From: Selaginella moellendorffii
Lineage: Eukaryota; Plantae; Lycopodiophyta
Direction: 5' to 3'
Assembly: GCF_000143415.4 (NCBI RefSeq)
Contig: NW_003314312.1
Coordinates: forward strand, 191,261-255,260
Length of the DNA stretch: 64,000 nt
A model generated the notes under the pieces. That model saw nothing but the letters and a program-made list of their open reading frames with translations, was not told the origin of the DNA and ran no database searches. The translations under genes were made by a program, and so were the position numbers. Positions 49,153 to 62,154 of the stretch are shown here, one piece after another (within the stretch, counting starts at the first letter, position 1; each line of letters starts with the position of its first letter).

Positions 49153-50886
49153 TCAGCATGTGTCTAGCTGCATGTACTTTTTGATGATGCCCATCATCTC
49201 GCTGCCCGGGAAACGACCAAGAACACCTCGAGCAGCCGAAAGCTCGGAAAAGCTCGTCACTCCGTCACCATGGACATCACAAGGCTTTGGACCGTGCGTC
49301 TCATATGTCCATGATGAATCTTCAGTAGTACCCGGCAGTCGGAAGGCTTCCAACGGCGAAGATAGCACGGTATCTTCACCCTTGGTCTTGACAAAGTCCT
49401 TGAGATGACAGATGGTAAACGGAACCGGCTCAAAGCTGTGGTCTCCATACTCAACTGGTGTAGAATGATCACCTGTGACACATAACGAGAATTGTCCTGC
49501 GCCTCTACATTCAGCTTCCCATAGCATCCGTGCTAATTGCCCAATCATTTTGTCAACCGCCTCAAATGCCAGCTTTTTCAGCTTGACAGCCTTGTCGTGG
49601 CCAGCGTCATCAATCGCCTGCAAGACAACCAGCAAGTTGATACACTATTGATGCCAAGTACCAAACTTAAACCTTTATATGCAAAAAGCCGAAGTCATAG
49701 CCTTCGCTCCAGCCAGGCTTAGCATCATCTTCACCAGGAACGAATACATTGGGCGGACGCTCCAGAGGAGCAGCCAATGCTTTTGCAATAGCGTTTGCTT
49801 TCGACGTCAGAAGTGTTCTGTAATCGCCAGTAGCTCCTGGTGCATCCAAAATGGCAATGTCGAGTGAGAGACCAAGTCCAGCGATGATTTTTGTTGGAGC
49901 TACCATACAGGATCGAAGCCCATGTTTCTCATTAAAGCTTGGGACCTAGCAGCCGAAATGTTAGTAACCAGAAATATGCATGAAGGAAACTAAAGTCACT
50001 TGCCTGAATGCGTATTCCACATCCTCTTAATAGCACGACATTCGCAATGGCCTTACCAGCAGACTGTCGCTTCGCGTTGAGTGGATGATCCGATAAGATA
50101 CGTCTCAGTTCGAGCGAGAGCTCGTTCACCACGGCGGCGGTGTGTTTCGCTTCGTCGGATTCATCCAGCGGGACGACAACCTCTAAAAGTCTGTTGTCTT
50201 TGAGTGGATCAGTACCAGAAATGTTTCCGCTCAGTCCTGGTCCTTTCACGACCACTCCACACCTATGTTCCGTGGCATACCTGCAGATAAAAGTTCATGC
50301 ACGCTCGATGAAGAGAAAAAAGGAAACAAAAGAGCGCAACACACCTGACACGAACTTCGTAAGCTGGAAAGGAAGGAAGCTTCAAGCCATCCAAAGCAGC
50401 ACAGAAAATAGGTCCGTCTTCTTCGAAATGGCGATCGGCTCTTCTGCAAGTCACAACTCCAGTTCCATCGTCCATGGTCGCGAAGTTGCTCTGCGCAAAG
50501 AAAAGCACAATGCAGCTTGTAATTCCAAAAGAGAACTGCGAGACTCTTCCAGCAAAGTCGTCTATAATCAACCTAGTGAGAAAATCGATTACCTTGAACG
50601 CAATATCGCCAGGAGACATGGCAAGACCGGCGCCCAGCGATTCGAAGGCGCCGCGGCCGCGATAATACTGCCTGGGATCATACCCTAGCAGAGAAAGGTG
50701 AGCGGTATCGCTGCCGCATGCAAGCCCTGGCTCCACGGGATCCATCAAGCCGCTGATTCCAGCGGTCGCGATGGCATCCAGATTCGGCGTGCTCGCGGCC
50801 TCCAGCGGCGTCTTCCATCCGAGCTCTGGAATCGAGACATCGCCAATGCCATCGACGAGAACAAATGCCACTCTGCGCATGCTCAT
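49153..50886 (-). CDS. Cofactor-independent phosphoglycerate mutase (archaeal apgM type), multi-exon
   Basis: VAFVLVDGIGD, TPLEAASTPNLD, GLACGSDTAHLSLLGYDP, ANVVLLRGCG, GFLHIK|AIDDAGHD and VTGDHSTP. Confidence 0.93.
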
Positions 50887-51152
50887 TCCGAAGAACCCTA
50901 GTTTATTTCCGAATATTCTTGACTTAAGTGGCCACGTGTAGCGATCTGGAGCGTTCGTTTTTGGCGCCAAGTGTGCGTCTTTTGAGGGATCCTAGGGTTC
51001 TACAGCGCGACGCTTTGGGGTCGCTGGTTAGCGCTCACGGCTCCGTTTAGTCCGAGGTACGCTCGCTAGGGTTTCTCGATCCGGGGAGAGAGAGCTATAT
51101 TATGGCAAAGAAGAGGAAAAGAAAGGACGATTGAATCGAGAGGAAGGAGAAA

Positions 51153-53515
51153 ATGGGGGTGTGGTCGGTTCTTTTCATGTCGGCAATGCCGGTGTTTAGA
51201 CTGCTCGTTCATTGCGGCATTGGGGCTTATTTGTCATCTCCACAATCCAATGTGATGCCTGCCGAAGCTCGAAAACATATAAACAAGGTAATCGATAGTT
51301 TCTTCTTCGTTTCCTTGATTAAGAATTTGCTGGAACTTTTGCAGCTAGTTTTCGTGTGTTTCATGCCATCGCTGATTTTCTCGAATTTAGCTCAAACAGT
51401 GACTGTCGAGAAGATGCTGGACTGGTAACGTTTTCTCTTTGATCTTGTTTTCTCTACTGCAACCATAATCTTTCAGGTGGTTTATGCCGATAAATGTGTT
51501 GCTATGCTACATGATTGGCGCTGGAATTGGAGTTTGTATCTTCGATCACTTCAAGCCTCCTCCTCACCTGAGAAAATTGATAATTGCATGCTGTGCTACA
51601 GGTACGTAAGTTTGTTCTTTCTTCGTTCTTCATTTAGGCAACTTCACTTCTGTTCTTCAGGGAATTCGAGTAACTTGCCTCTAGTACTTGTTTCGGCGAT
51701 TTGCGTTGAAGCAGGTAGTCCCTTCGGCAGATATGATGTTTGCACGGCAAATGGGATAGCTTATATATCCTATGGTCTATGGGTGAGGCGAAGAAAGCAT
51801 ATAAGATCCGTCGAGTCGCTTCTTACCGGGTTTTCACGTATCACAGATGGCCACAGTTTTGACTTGGACAGTCGTGTTTAATTACCTGAAGCCACAACCA
51901 CAGCCAGGCTATGAAGAGGTTGATTTGCACGACGCAACGGAGGAAGCTCCACCTCGGGAGGAAACTCCTCCTGCTCGAGAGCTAAATGTCTATCCAGGAA
52001 GCCAAGGCATTATGCCTCAAGTTGCAGGCTTGCAGGGTGTTCCTCGGGGGTTTACGAATACTCAAAGTCCGCAAGGATTTCCAGGTCCACAGGGGTACAG
52101 GAACTCTGGTTTTGGTGCTCAGAATCTCCAAGGCATGGACAGCTTTCAGCAAGGCTACCAAGGATTTCAAGCGCCTCAGATGTTTCAAGTCCCGGGTCAA
52201 GGATATCAACAGCAGGCATTTTCAGCAATGACTCAGGGTCCCAGAGGCTTTCAGGCTGGACCGAGGTACTCGCAAGGCTTCGAGGACTACAATGACGGGT
52301 TTATAGGCTCCCAGCCTCAAGGCTTTTTGCCTAGTCCTCAGGCATTTCCAACTCGTGGCCGGAATCCATCTATAGGCCTGGGGGACTTCCAGCAGTTCCA
52401 AAGCCCGCAGGTTCCTCAACTCCCGATGTCTCCTGACGGGTTCCAAAACCTCCAGGCTCCAGGCTTTCAAAATCCACTTCAAGCACTTTCATCTCCGCCT
52501 TCTCAAGCTCTCCAAGTTTATGGAGCTTCAACGACGTCCCAGGTACTCTGCTTATTTCGCTTTAGTTTTAGTGTTGATTTCGATAAAACTTTGGTGAGCC
52601 ATCCAGCCGAGAGCAGCACAGCCACCACCTCCAACACCTCCTGAGCCAGCAGGTCCGCAGCCTCGTACCGATGATTTTTCTGTGGCCAACTTGCAACTAT
52701 GGATGGAAAAATACCGCGTGAAAGAAGCCTTCACCCCTCCAACAGCGGCAGCTGTGAGTTAAACTGTAATGTTTTCCTCCCTCTAACATGCCTCGTATAT
52801 TGTATAGGCGATAGCAATCCCCATTGGCGCTGTGCCGTTTTTTAGACATTTGCTGTATGGACACCAAGCTCCATTTCGGTTTTTAGGCGATGCTTTGGTC
52901 ATCCTTGGGTAAGCTTTATTTTGTCGCCGTCGCACTCTCATATTCATGAATTCTACGTTGCAGGGAAGCTATGATTCCTTGCATGAATCTGTTACTTGGA
53001 GGAAACTTATCTCAAGGTAGACATACCTGAATAGCTTATAAGCTCGTAAGCTAAGTTGTTTTCGTTGGAGCAGGATTTGGCGCATCGGAACTGGCACTTG
53101 AAGTTGTCATCTCGATCATGTTGACACGACTGCTGCTTCTTCCCATAACCGGGCTCATCGTTGTCAAGCTCGCGTTTTCCATGGGTCTAGTACCTGCGGA
53201 CCCGCTCTTTCACTTCGTACTTTTGCTGCAATTTACCATGCCTACGGCTATCAACGTTGGTCAGTTTCAAAACCTCATCTATTTACAAATACCATCACTA
53301 AAACCTGTGGTAAGCAATGAAATCTAGTCTCTAGAGCGGCTTCCGTTATAACTTTCTCTTTTTCTTCTTTGTTTCTTTGTTCCGCTACAGGCACGATGAC
53401 GCAGCTATTTGGTGTCGGACAAACCGAATGCTCGATCATTCTTTTCTGGTGCTACACATCGTCGGTTGTGTTTTTGACACTATGGACGATGATTTTTCTT
53501 GTCCTGCTCATATGA
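51153..53515 (+). CDS. PILS: PIN-LIKES (PILS) auxin efflux carrier family protein with an extended low-complexity loop
   Basis: KLVFVCFMPSLIFSNLAQTV, GNSSNLPLVLVSAICVEAGSPFG, MIPCMNLLLGGNL, DPLFHFVLLLQFTMPTAINVGTMTQLFGVGQTECSIILFWCY. Stop at 53513-53515. Confidence 0.93.
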
Positions 53516-53871
53516 AGCCCAAAGGCTTCGTTTTTTATGGGAGTGTAAAGAGCGAGAAGTTCTCTGCAAGTCAGGTAGAAAACGATCTTGGCCATCGATT
53601 TTAATCTCACGCACTCTCCAACTTTGCAGGAAAATTTTGGTACGTCCTTAGTGAGCTGAATTGTTGTTACATTTCTTTCCAAAATCAACAAGGATCACGG
53701 GATTTTTTCTTTCATACTCTCAAGTTCGCGTCATCATCGTCTAATTTCTTCTATCCCACTACCACAAGTAAGTGATCTCTTATTCATCACGAAACCTCCT
53801 CTTCTTCCCCAACCCCGCAAAAAAAGAAGAAAATTTCTCAACGTCTCGTGAAAAAACGATGTTGTGTGGTT

Positions 53872-55978
53872 CTAACACGCTCCATTGGATGTAGCTTGCG
53901 GGAGTCTGTCGTAAAAGCGTCGATACAAATCGTCTACCTGAGTGAGGTAGAAAGTTCCCGGCCGGAGTCTAGCCAAGTCACTCACGGGAGTGAAGCCTTT
54001 GGCACCGTAGCGCGTCTCCATAAGCTCCATCGTGTGGACAAAGTCCTCTGGGGAGACCTGTGAATATATACACATGTAAGTATAAGCTCGGAGAAATGGT
54101 AAGCTACCTGGACACGGGATTCCAAGCTGCTTGATACTTCCATGCGCTTGGCGATGTTAGCGACTCTGAACAAGCCATCGCCCTGGCGAACGTGGATCGT
54201 GAACAGACTTGACGCAAGGCCGCTGCCGTAAGAAAACATCAAAATGGTGTTGCCCAACTGTTGTGTCAAACACGGAAGCCTGTAGAGGTGACGAGACAAA
54301 GAGCAAAACGATTGCTTGCGTACCAGTTCCTCGGCTTTGCTGTGGATGAGTGACGCAAGCGCTGCGTACAAGGCGGCACAATACATGTTGCCAACTTGTT
54401 TAGGAATCAAAGTCGATGGGACAACCTTGAGGTTGTAATCTGGCTTTGCTATATCTTGCGTTGCCTGGCAGAAAAGAAACAAAATAAGTTTGGGCCATGA
54501 AGGGGGGAATCTCTTGCCTTCTCTAGATCTTTGTTCGTGTAGCTTTCATCCTCGGAAATATTAGCGAATGGCTTTAGCTTCTCGTCCTCGGGCCTACAAG
54601 GAAAACTTCCGTTAGACTTTTCCACTCTTCCACGACGGGAAAGCAGCTGACCTTGTCTTTCGTTGGATATCGTTGTACACAAGCCGTGCAAAGCTTTTCT
54701 GCACAAGCTGCGTACACAAACAAGGAAACAACACGTCAAAACAATCCCTGCGGGAAGTTCGAGACTACTACTACTGACCTTATTGTAAGGAGAGTGAAAG
54801 ACGGCATAGTTGACATCTTGAAGAGAGAATGGCTTTCCGTCGGCCTTTTCATACCTGGAAACAGGGACCTGGATCAACTACCTGATTAGTAAAGCTCAAG
54901 TACATACTTTTGGCAGTAACGATTGTAGCACAAGTCCAAAGCCATCAGGTAGCACTTCTGCGAGAGCCTGCCGTCGAGGACCTGGTCACGCATGAAGACA
55001 AGTTAACAAACGAAGCTTTAAAATAAATCTATAACTCAAACTACCGGATATTCACTGCTTAGATTTGGCTTGTAGAAGTCGTATGTGTGAGACATATGTG
55101 TTCCCATGTATTTGCGGTCAATCACGAAAGGAGCATTCGGGCCGATCAGCATGGCAACAGCACCAGCTCCACCGCTGGGTCTTGCAGGGCCCTCAGCGTA
55201 AACCTGTAAAGTATGAAAGAACACAATCAAATCAAAACATAGATTCTCGTGGCAGAAACGAGATACTCACTGCACTGTCCGCTGCGACCACCAGACCATA
55301 CCGCCCATCCCAGCCACTGCTCTCCACCCAGTTGAGACAATTGATTAGAGCGGCAGTGCCTCCATAGCACGCATTGCTGGAATCCACGCCTTGAATGTCA
55401 GAGTTTCCAGACTCCTGTAATAAGAAAAAGAACATGAAAAGGAAAAGATAGTCTTGTGTTCTTTCTCGCTCGAGCAACGATCGAGCTCGTCGTACCTCAA
55501 AAAGTCGCATCAACCACGTTTTGATCGACTTGCTCTTGTCGATGACGGTCTCGCTTCCCACCTCAAGGCGGCCAACTTTCTCGGGCGCGATACTGTACTT
55601 CTCGAGGAGATTCTTCACCACTGTCAAGCTGGGGGACAAAAGAAGGGGGAAATTATTTTCTCAGTGGCGAGATCAAGAGAATATAGATCGATCCGCGGCC
55701 TCCGATGCTCAGCTCAGCTCACCTCATCGATATTACATCCTCCACATCCGTGCAGAAGGCCAAGCGCTCCTGGCCGAGCCCCGCGGTGTATTTCCCGGCG
55801 CTCACCCCGTCGTGCTTCTCCAGTTCGTCCTGCCAAGAATTCCATCGATCCAGCTCATTCCAATCTCGGCATTGCGACGGCAGCTAGCGATAGATCTGAT
55901 CCATACCTGGCGCACGCAGCTGGGTGGGAAGTAGACCTCCAGCGCCAAGATTCCAACATCGCCGGGGCGCACTGCCAT
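53872..55978 (-). CDS. HMGS: Hydroxymethylglutaryl-CoA synthase, multi-exon
   Basis: [72 protein letters not shown] and MFSYGSG. Confidence 0.96.
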
Positions 55979-57810
55979 GGCCGCGGAGCTCTCCCCACGA
56001 AGAAAAAATGTGGTGCGTTCTAAAAAAATTAAAGCTCCCTTTATAAAAGCCCTAACTAAAATCCCCATCCGCCGTCCACGTGTCAGGCTCTCATCGTGTG
56101 GCTCAGGTTTGCTCCTGGGTCGCATGGAATTTCAGATGCGTGGAAACTCTTGCTCGTTTGGTGATCGGTAGTTTTCTAGCCAAATTTCTCCACTGCGCTG
56201 AATTTTTCCTTCTCCAAGGCGGTCTTTTGCCGAGATCTCGCCTCTGCGCTGACATAATCTCGACAATTAGCGTCGAATTTCGAGGAGGATCATCCGGCTG
56301 CGAATTCCACGGCGCTACATTCAAAAGGTATGGATTCTTCTTTAAACTTGATTCGATTAGGAAACCACCACTGGCGCTTGCGATTAAAATAAGCTCTGGG
56401 TGTCTTCCAGGCCCCTGAAAGGATATGTGGAAAACCATAGCTTTTCGCTCCAAAGGGTATTGTTTTTGATGATTTGGATTCTCTCGTCACAGAAAAATTC
56501 TAATGCCTGCCTTGCAGCTTTGGACGGTCCTTTTAAACAATCCAAACGTGCCTCGAGGGAGGAGAATCCAGAAAAAAATCTGGGGACTGACTCGTTCCTC
56601 CGAATAGAAATCCCGTGATTCACAAGGTGGAAGTTGGCCAATTGCTTTCGTTTCATAGTCTAAAAAACAGGTTTTCCACCACCATGAGATCAACATGATC
56701 GATCGATCGCGCCGAGACAAGTTTCTTACGTCCACGAAGTGATCTTGGTCCTGAGATTTTTCGCCCAACAGTGATCGATTAAAGCGGTGATTGGATCCAC
56801 TAGCCCGCTCTTTGAATCGCAGCTTAATGATCGTCCCTTTCATCCATTTCGTGCCGCGCTAGTCCCCACCAAGATCAAAAAATACACGAAAAACTCCATT
56901 CTTGGTCTTGGCAGCACGTTAAGGACGAGAAAAAGTATAGTTTCGTGCCGGGCGACTGGGATCTTTTTAAGTGAAATGGACGGACTGGATGCACAGGTGG
57001 ATGGGTGGCATCAATCACGGAATATTACTGGTATTCAATTTGGAAGCTTCGCAAACATTTCATTTAGTTTTTTTGAGTGGTCAGAATCCCGAGTGTGTTT
57101 GTTGCGTTGCTCTTGTCGCTCTCTACGAGAATCTAAGTCCCAAAAGCCATATAAGTAAAACTCGATCTTACCAAAGTAAAAATCTCATTTCATTAGATGA
57201 ATATCTTTTCAGCAAGATCAAACTTCTTATATGCGTGCCTTAAGGCGTCATTCGGGGTTGCTTTAGCTTAAATCGCAAATGGGGGGCGAATCTTAAGGAA
57301 TAATCCAGCGCCCATTGCCTCGAGATTCGGTGTGCCGGGGAAGGGATTCGATCGCGTGACTTGGGCAGCCGTTTGGGCCCCATTTTACTGACCCACATTC
57401 ACACGCATCCTCATTTTGGAGTAAAAATAAAAGGGCTGGAATGACAAATTGAGCTTGCCCTTTTTGTCGTCAAATGGGCGAAAATGATATTATTAGGGCT
57501 GTGCCCTGACACGTCAGAAATGTTGACGGTTTGATCTACGGCGAACAAGGAGCGAATCGTATGTCCGCAGTTGGCGAGATTTGAGCCGTCCGATGCACAC
57601 GTATGATCTTCTGCCACGTGGCGGTTTTGGTTTTTCCGCGGCTTACCGCGTGTTAAATGACGTGTTAAAAGAGGGCGCATTGGATACGACAAATCGACGG
57701 TGCAGAGAATTTACCTACCTTCACGTGAAGGTTACGAGGGTTTTCTTCTTCTACTATGATTGATAGAAGCGGGAGGAGGGAAGAACAGGGAGAGAAAGAG
57801 AGAGAGAGCT

Positions 57811-57837
57811 ATGGCGATGGCGATGATGAGCGAATGA
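57811..57837 (+). promoter_or_regulatory. Upstream ORF (MAMAMMSE-stop) whose TGA overlaps the predicted MEI2-like start codon
   Basis: ATG GCG ATG GCG ATG ATG AGC GAA TGA; ATGA overlap at 57834-57837. Confidence 0.5.
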
Positions 57838-60800
57838 CAAGAGCTAGCGCTCTCCCTCAGGTAAGGCGCTAGCTAGGTGATGCATTCCTGGAGGCGCTGA
57901 GGATCAGGTTATCCAGCTCCGCGAGATTATCTGTTGCGCGCTGCCGGATCAGATTTTTCGCAGCTCTGATTTGCCGCAAGAAGCCACAAATTTGTCCGGG
58001 ATTCTGGAAATTTCGAGGGATTTCGTCCTGATCCTAGGAATTGGAGGCGAGAGCCGTGATGAGCTACATTTCCTGGCACCGCATTGCCCAGCTGCTGTGA
58101 AATTGGGGGAGCTTGGCTGGGCGGCCATGGCGCACGACAACTTGTTCGTGGCGAAGCCATTCCGGGGATAGGAGGACATTTTCTGGGATGTCCTAACGCG
58201 GGCAAGGGGCTAGAACATGACGGAGTCCGCTGGAGTTCAAGTGGTTCAAGGCCGTCTAGGATCACTCTCTCTACATGGAAATGGAAGCCCTGGATCGACC
58301 CTCTTCTTCAACGAGACGAGCTATTTGCCACACGAGGTTGGGACTTTCCCTCTATATTCCGTTGCGTGTTTGTTCTAACTTTCGTTTTGGTCATATGATT
58401 GTATCTAAACAGATTGATTGGTCTTACGTGAACCACCAAGAATGGGAACCTCGCTCATTCCAAAAGTCCCACACGGATGAATGGGTTCCACCGGCATCAA
58501 CGACGACGCCTTGGAGTAGGAATGGTTTTAGTCCAGCGATGGCTTCCTCGCAGCTCAAAGGAGTGGCCGGGGAGTGCCTCGACGTGAGCAACGATTCGAG
58601 CCTGTTTTCGAGCTCCCTCCCGTCCTTGGTAAAAGCCAAATGTTAGTACTTCTCTCCATTGGTTGCGCTTTCAAACTTCTGACCGAACTTATCTTTGCTA
58701 CAGTGACGATGTCAGAAAGTGATGTTGATCATTCACTTGGCGCTGAGGACGAAATTTTTGGGTCTCTCGAGGAGATGGAATCGCAAACTATTGGCAGGCT
58801 TCTTCCCGATGACGAGGAGGAGCTGCTGGCTGGAATCGCTGACGAACTTGACGTTGTACCGTATAGTGCTGAGGACTTTGAAGATTACGATTTATTCAGT
58901 AGCGGGGGAGGACTTGAGATGGAAGGGGACTCGCATGAAAGCCTTCACTCTGGATCAGCTCATGGTACGATAGCTGGAGAGCACCCCTATGGAGAACACC
59001 CCTCTCGAACTCTTTTTGTGCGAAATATCAACAGCAACGTTGAAGATAGCGAGCTCCGAGAACTTTTTGAGGTACTTGTGGTCCACCTTTGCATGGCGCC
59101 ATTGACAACGTTCTATACGTTTCACAGATTTACGGGGACATTCGTACGTTATACACCGCTTGCAAACATCGTGGATTTGTAATGATTTCTTACTATGATA
59201 TACGATCTGCTAGAACTGCTATGCGTGTACTTCAAGGCAGGCTACTTCGGCGACGCAAGCTGGATATTCATTTTAGCATTCCAAAGGTTTGCTTGGATTT
59301 CATATGCATAAGTCCGATTTGCGCTTCTCACTCACAGAGGTCGCTCGTTTACCAGGACAATCCCTCCGACAAGGATATCAACCAAGGCACTCTTGTCGTC
59401 TTCAATCTTGATGCATCAGTCTCTGGTGAAGATCTTCGTAAAATATTTGGCCAGTATGGCGAAGTTAAGGAGGTAGATCTAGTAGCACATTCTGTTTCAC
59501 GGGTGGAAGTCTCATATAACTGTTTTTCTGTCTCCAGATACGTGAAACACCTCACAAGAAGCACCACAAATTTATTGAATTCTACGATGTACGATCCGCC
59601 GAGGCTGCACTGCGGGCATTGAATAGAAGTGATATTGCAGGGAAACGCATCAAACTGGAACCTAGCCGTCCCGGTGGTGTCCGAAGAAGGTTTGCGTTTG
59701 TGGTTTATAAATGGTTAACCAGTTCTACATGTAGCTCTTGTATTGGCAGTTTGATTCCTCGGCTTGGTCAAGAATTTGATCATGAAGACGGATACCATTC
59801 ACCATTGGCTTGGACGAACTCTCCTCCAGGTGAAGATGTTCCGTCACGATAGTTTGACCATTGACAGTGCTTAAAATTTACAGCTGATTGGGGGACCATA
59901 AACGACACGCATGACTCTGACACAACATTTATCTCACCTAAGCCCCTGAGCTACAGGCCTTTCTCCCCAAAAGTCACGTCACAGGACGTATCTTCTCCTG
60001 TAAGAATAGGAATGGTTGACAACAGTCACGTTGTGCAGAACACAATGAGGAACCATCTGCTGGAACAGCAAGGACTTGGACAGCATCACCCCCACTCCTT
60101 GCCAGAGTTTAGCAGCGGTCTGTATAGAAATGAACTCTTCAGCAGCTCCACAGCGGGCTTTTCAACAGTGGCTGCGCCTTTGAGGCCGATTGAAGGCTTT
60201 GAGACGAGGACGCTTTCTAGGACTACGAGTACCTTAAATGACAGCTCCACAACCTATGCAGGTACTTGATCGTCAAACTATAGCCAACTACTAAATCTTC
60301 TCTTTTCCTTTTGTGCAGTACATGCTACTGGTGTAGCATCCTCTCTTCAAAGATCTTCCAGCCTAAGCATCTCTCTGACCAGCCAGCCTATGATCTGGGG
60401 TTCTGGCAGTGGAGGGGCTTACAGTCAAGGTACTACTGCTAAAAGCTCGTCACCTTTAATGTGGCAGAGCCTATCGCCCGGCCATCCATACAGTCAACGC
60501 TCCGCGGATGCGCATACTAATTTGTACAATTCAGCCTTCTCTCCACACAGTCACCAGCTTGGTTCATATTCTCGCGATCATTCTTTAGGGGACCGGCACC
60601 ACAGTTATCTCCGAGAATCGCCAGAGGTCTCGTCTTATCTCCAGTCGGGCACCGTCAAAAGTCCAAACGTTGGGAGCCTAGAGCACCACGGCCCTTCGTC
60701 TCCAAACTTTGGTATGTTCCTGCCTCAACGGCTGTTTGGAAACTGCGGCTCTCCATTAGACGACCGACGCAACAGAAGAATGGACAGCACTCCCGCTCAA

Positions 60801-61709
60801 GTGGACAACCGGAAGCAGTTTCAGCTGGATTTGGATCGTATTGTTGCTGGGGAGGACACTCGAACGACGCTGATGATTAAGAACATACCAAACAAGTATG
60901 CGACTGTTCCTCTTTTCTTTCTGTTTTTCTATATCTGCACTGGGAGCTAAGTTTTGTTCTTTTTCTCTAGATACACTTCGAAGATGTTACTGGCCGCGAT
61001 TGACGAGCAGCACCGTGGAACGTATGATTTCATATACTTGCCTATTGATTTTAAGGTAAGCGAGTTTTCAAAAGGGGTTGTGCGAACCACATCTAACCAG
61101 AGGCTTCAACAGAATAAGTGTAACGTCGGATACGCATTCATCAATATGCTGTCGCCTTCCTTGATCGTGTCCTTCTACCAGGTTCTCTGTGAAAAATAGA
61201 GAGGAGATTTTCCCACGACTTGGTTCTAAAAACTTGTCATTCTTTGTTTTCGCAGACGTTCAATGGCAAGAAATGGGAGAAGTTTAACAGCGAGAAGGTG
61301 GCATCGCTCGCGTACGCGCGGATCCAAGGCAAGGCCGCGCTGATCGCGCACTTCCAGAACTCGAGCCTCATGAACGAAGACAAGCGATGCCGGCCGATAA
61401 TCTTCCACTCGGACGGACCAAACGCAGGTGACCAGGTATCATTTCCTTGAGTGATTGATCCATTCATATCACACGCAAAAGGAAATTAGCTCGAAACTCT
61501 CAAACTCTTCTAAATCTATCGCACAGGAGGCATTCCCGATTGGTGACAACGTCCGGAGTGGTCGATCTTCTGGACGGCTTGGAAACCAAGCGGTGGAAGG
61601 CTTCTTCGCGAGACCCGGCGAGTTCTTGGGAGGAGGAGGTGTTGGCGATGGTAGCGACGAAGCATTCCTCTCGCTGGAGACGCTCAACATCTCATCGCCA
61701 GGGAATTGA
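57834..61709 (+). CDS. MEI2-like (AML) RNA-binding protein with three RRMs, multi-exon; start codon inferred
   Basis: GEHPYGEHPSRTLFVRNINSNVED, LRRRKLDIHFSIPK, NQGTLVVFNLD, DTRTTLMIKNIPNKYT and WEKFNSEKVASLAYARIQG. Exon 1 (57834-57860) splices in frame to 58413. Confidence 0.93.
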
Positions 61710-62154
61710 CCATGTAAGTTTTCCTTTTTGGTAACCAACGCTACTATGGCTCCAGAGCTGCTACTACTACCAGAGACTAGAGAGATCCTCTCTTCCAAGC
61801 GTGTATATAGCTTCAAAGGAAGTATGATAGAAGACAATGAAGAGAGGCTGGATTGGATGTAAATAAAGTAAAATATGAACTTGCGTTGCTTTGTGGTTAT
61901 TTAAACTTTTACTACGTGCCAATGATCTACTACGTGGCGAGGGCTCTTGGTTCGATTCGTGTCAGCACCAGTTCTTCTGGAGAAATCCAGATGGCTTCCA
62001 TCCACTTTGGCGCTGAGCGCTACCCTCCTCTCTCCTCTCTTTCTCTTTCTTGCAGCTCGATTCTTCTCTTCCAGGTTCGTAGCTCACTCGCATTTCCAAT
62101 CGATCGCGCTGCCGCATTGTAATCGATCTCTCTTGTCTAGGTTTTCTTGCGGCG

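Noticed and set aside
53872-55978. Biosynthetic gene cluster around HMGS
   Set aside because: Neighbours (PILS, iPGAM, XTH, MEI2-like, EGY3) are functionally unrelated housekeeping genes.
56100-57760. Short ORFs between HMGS and the MEI2-like gene
   Set aside because: No recognisable motifs or codon bias; consistent with divergent promoter DNA.
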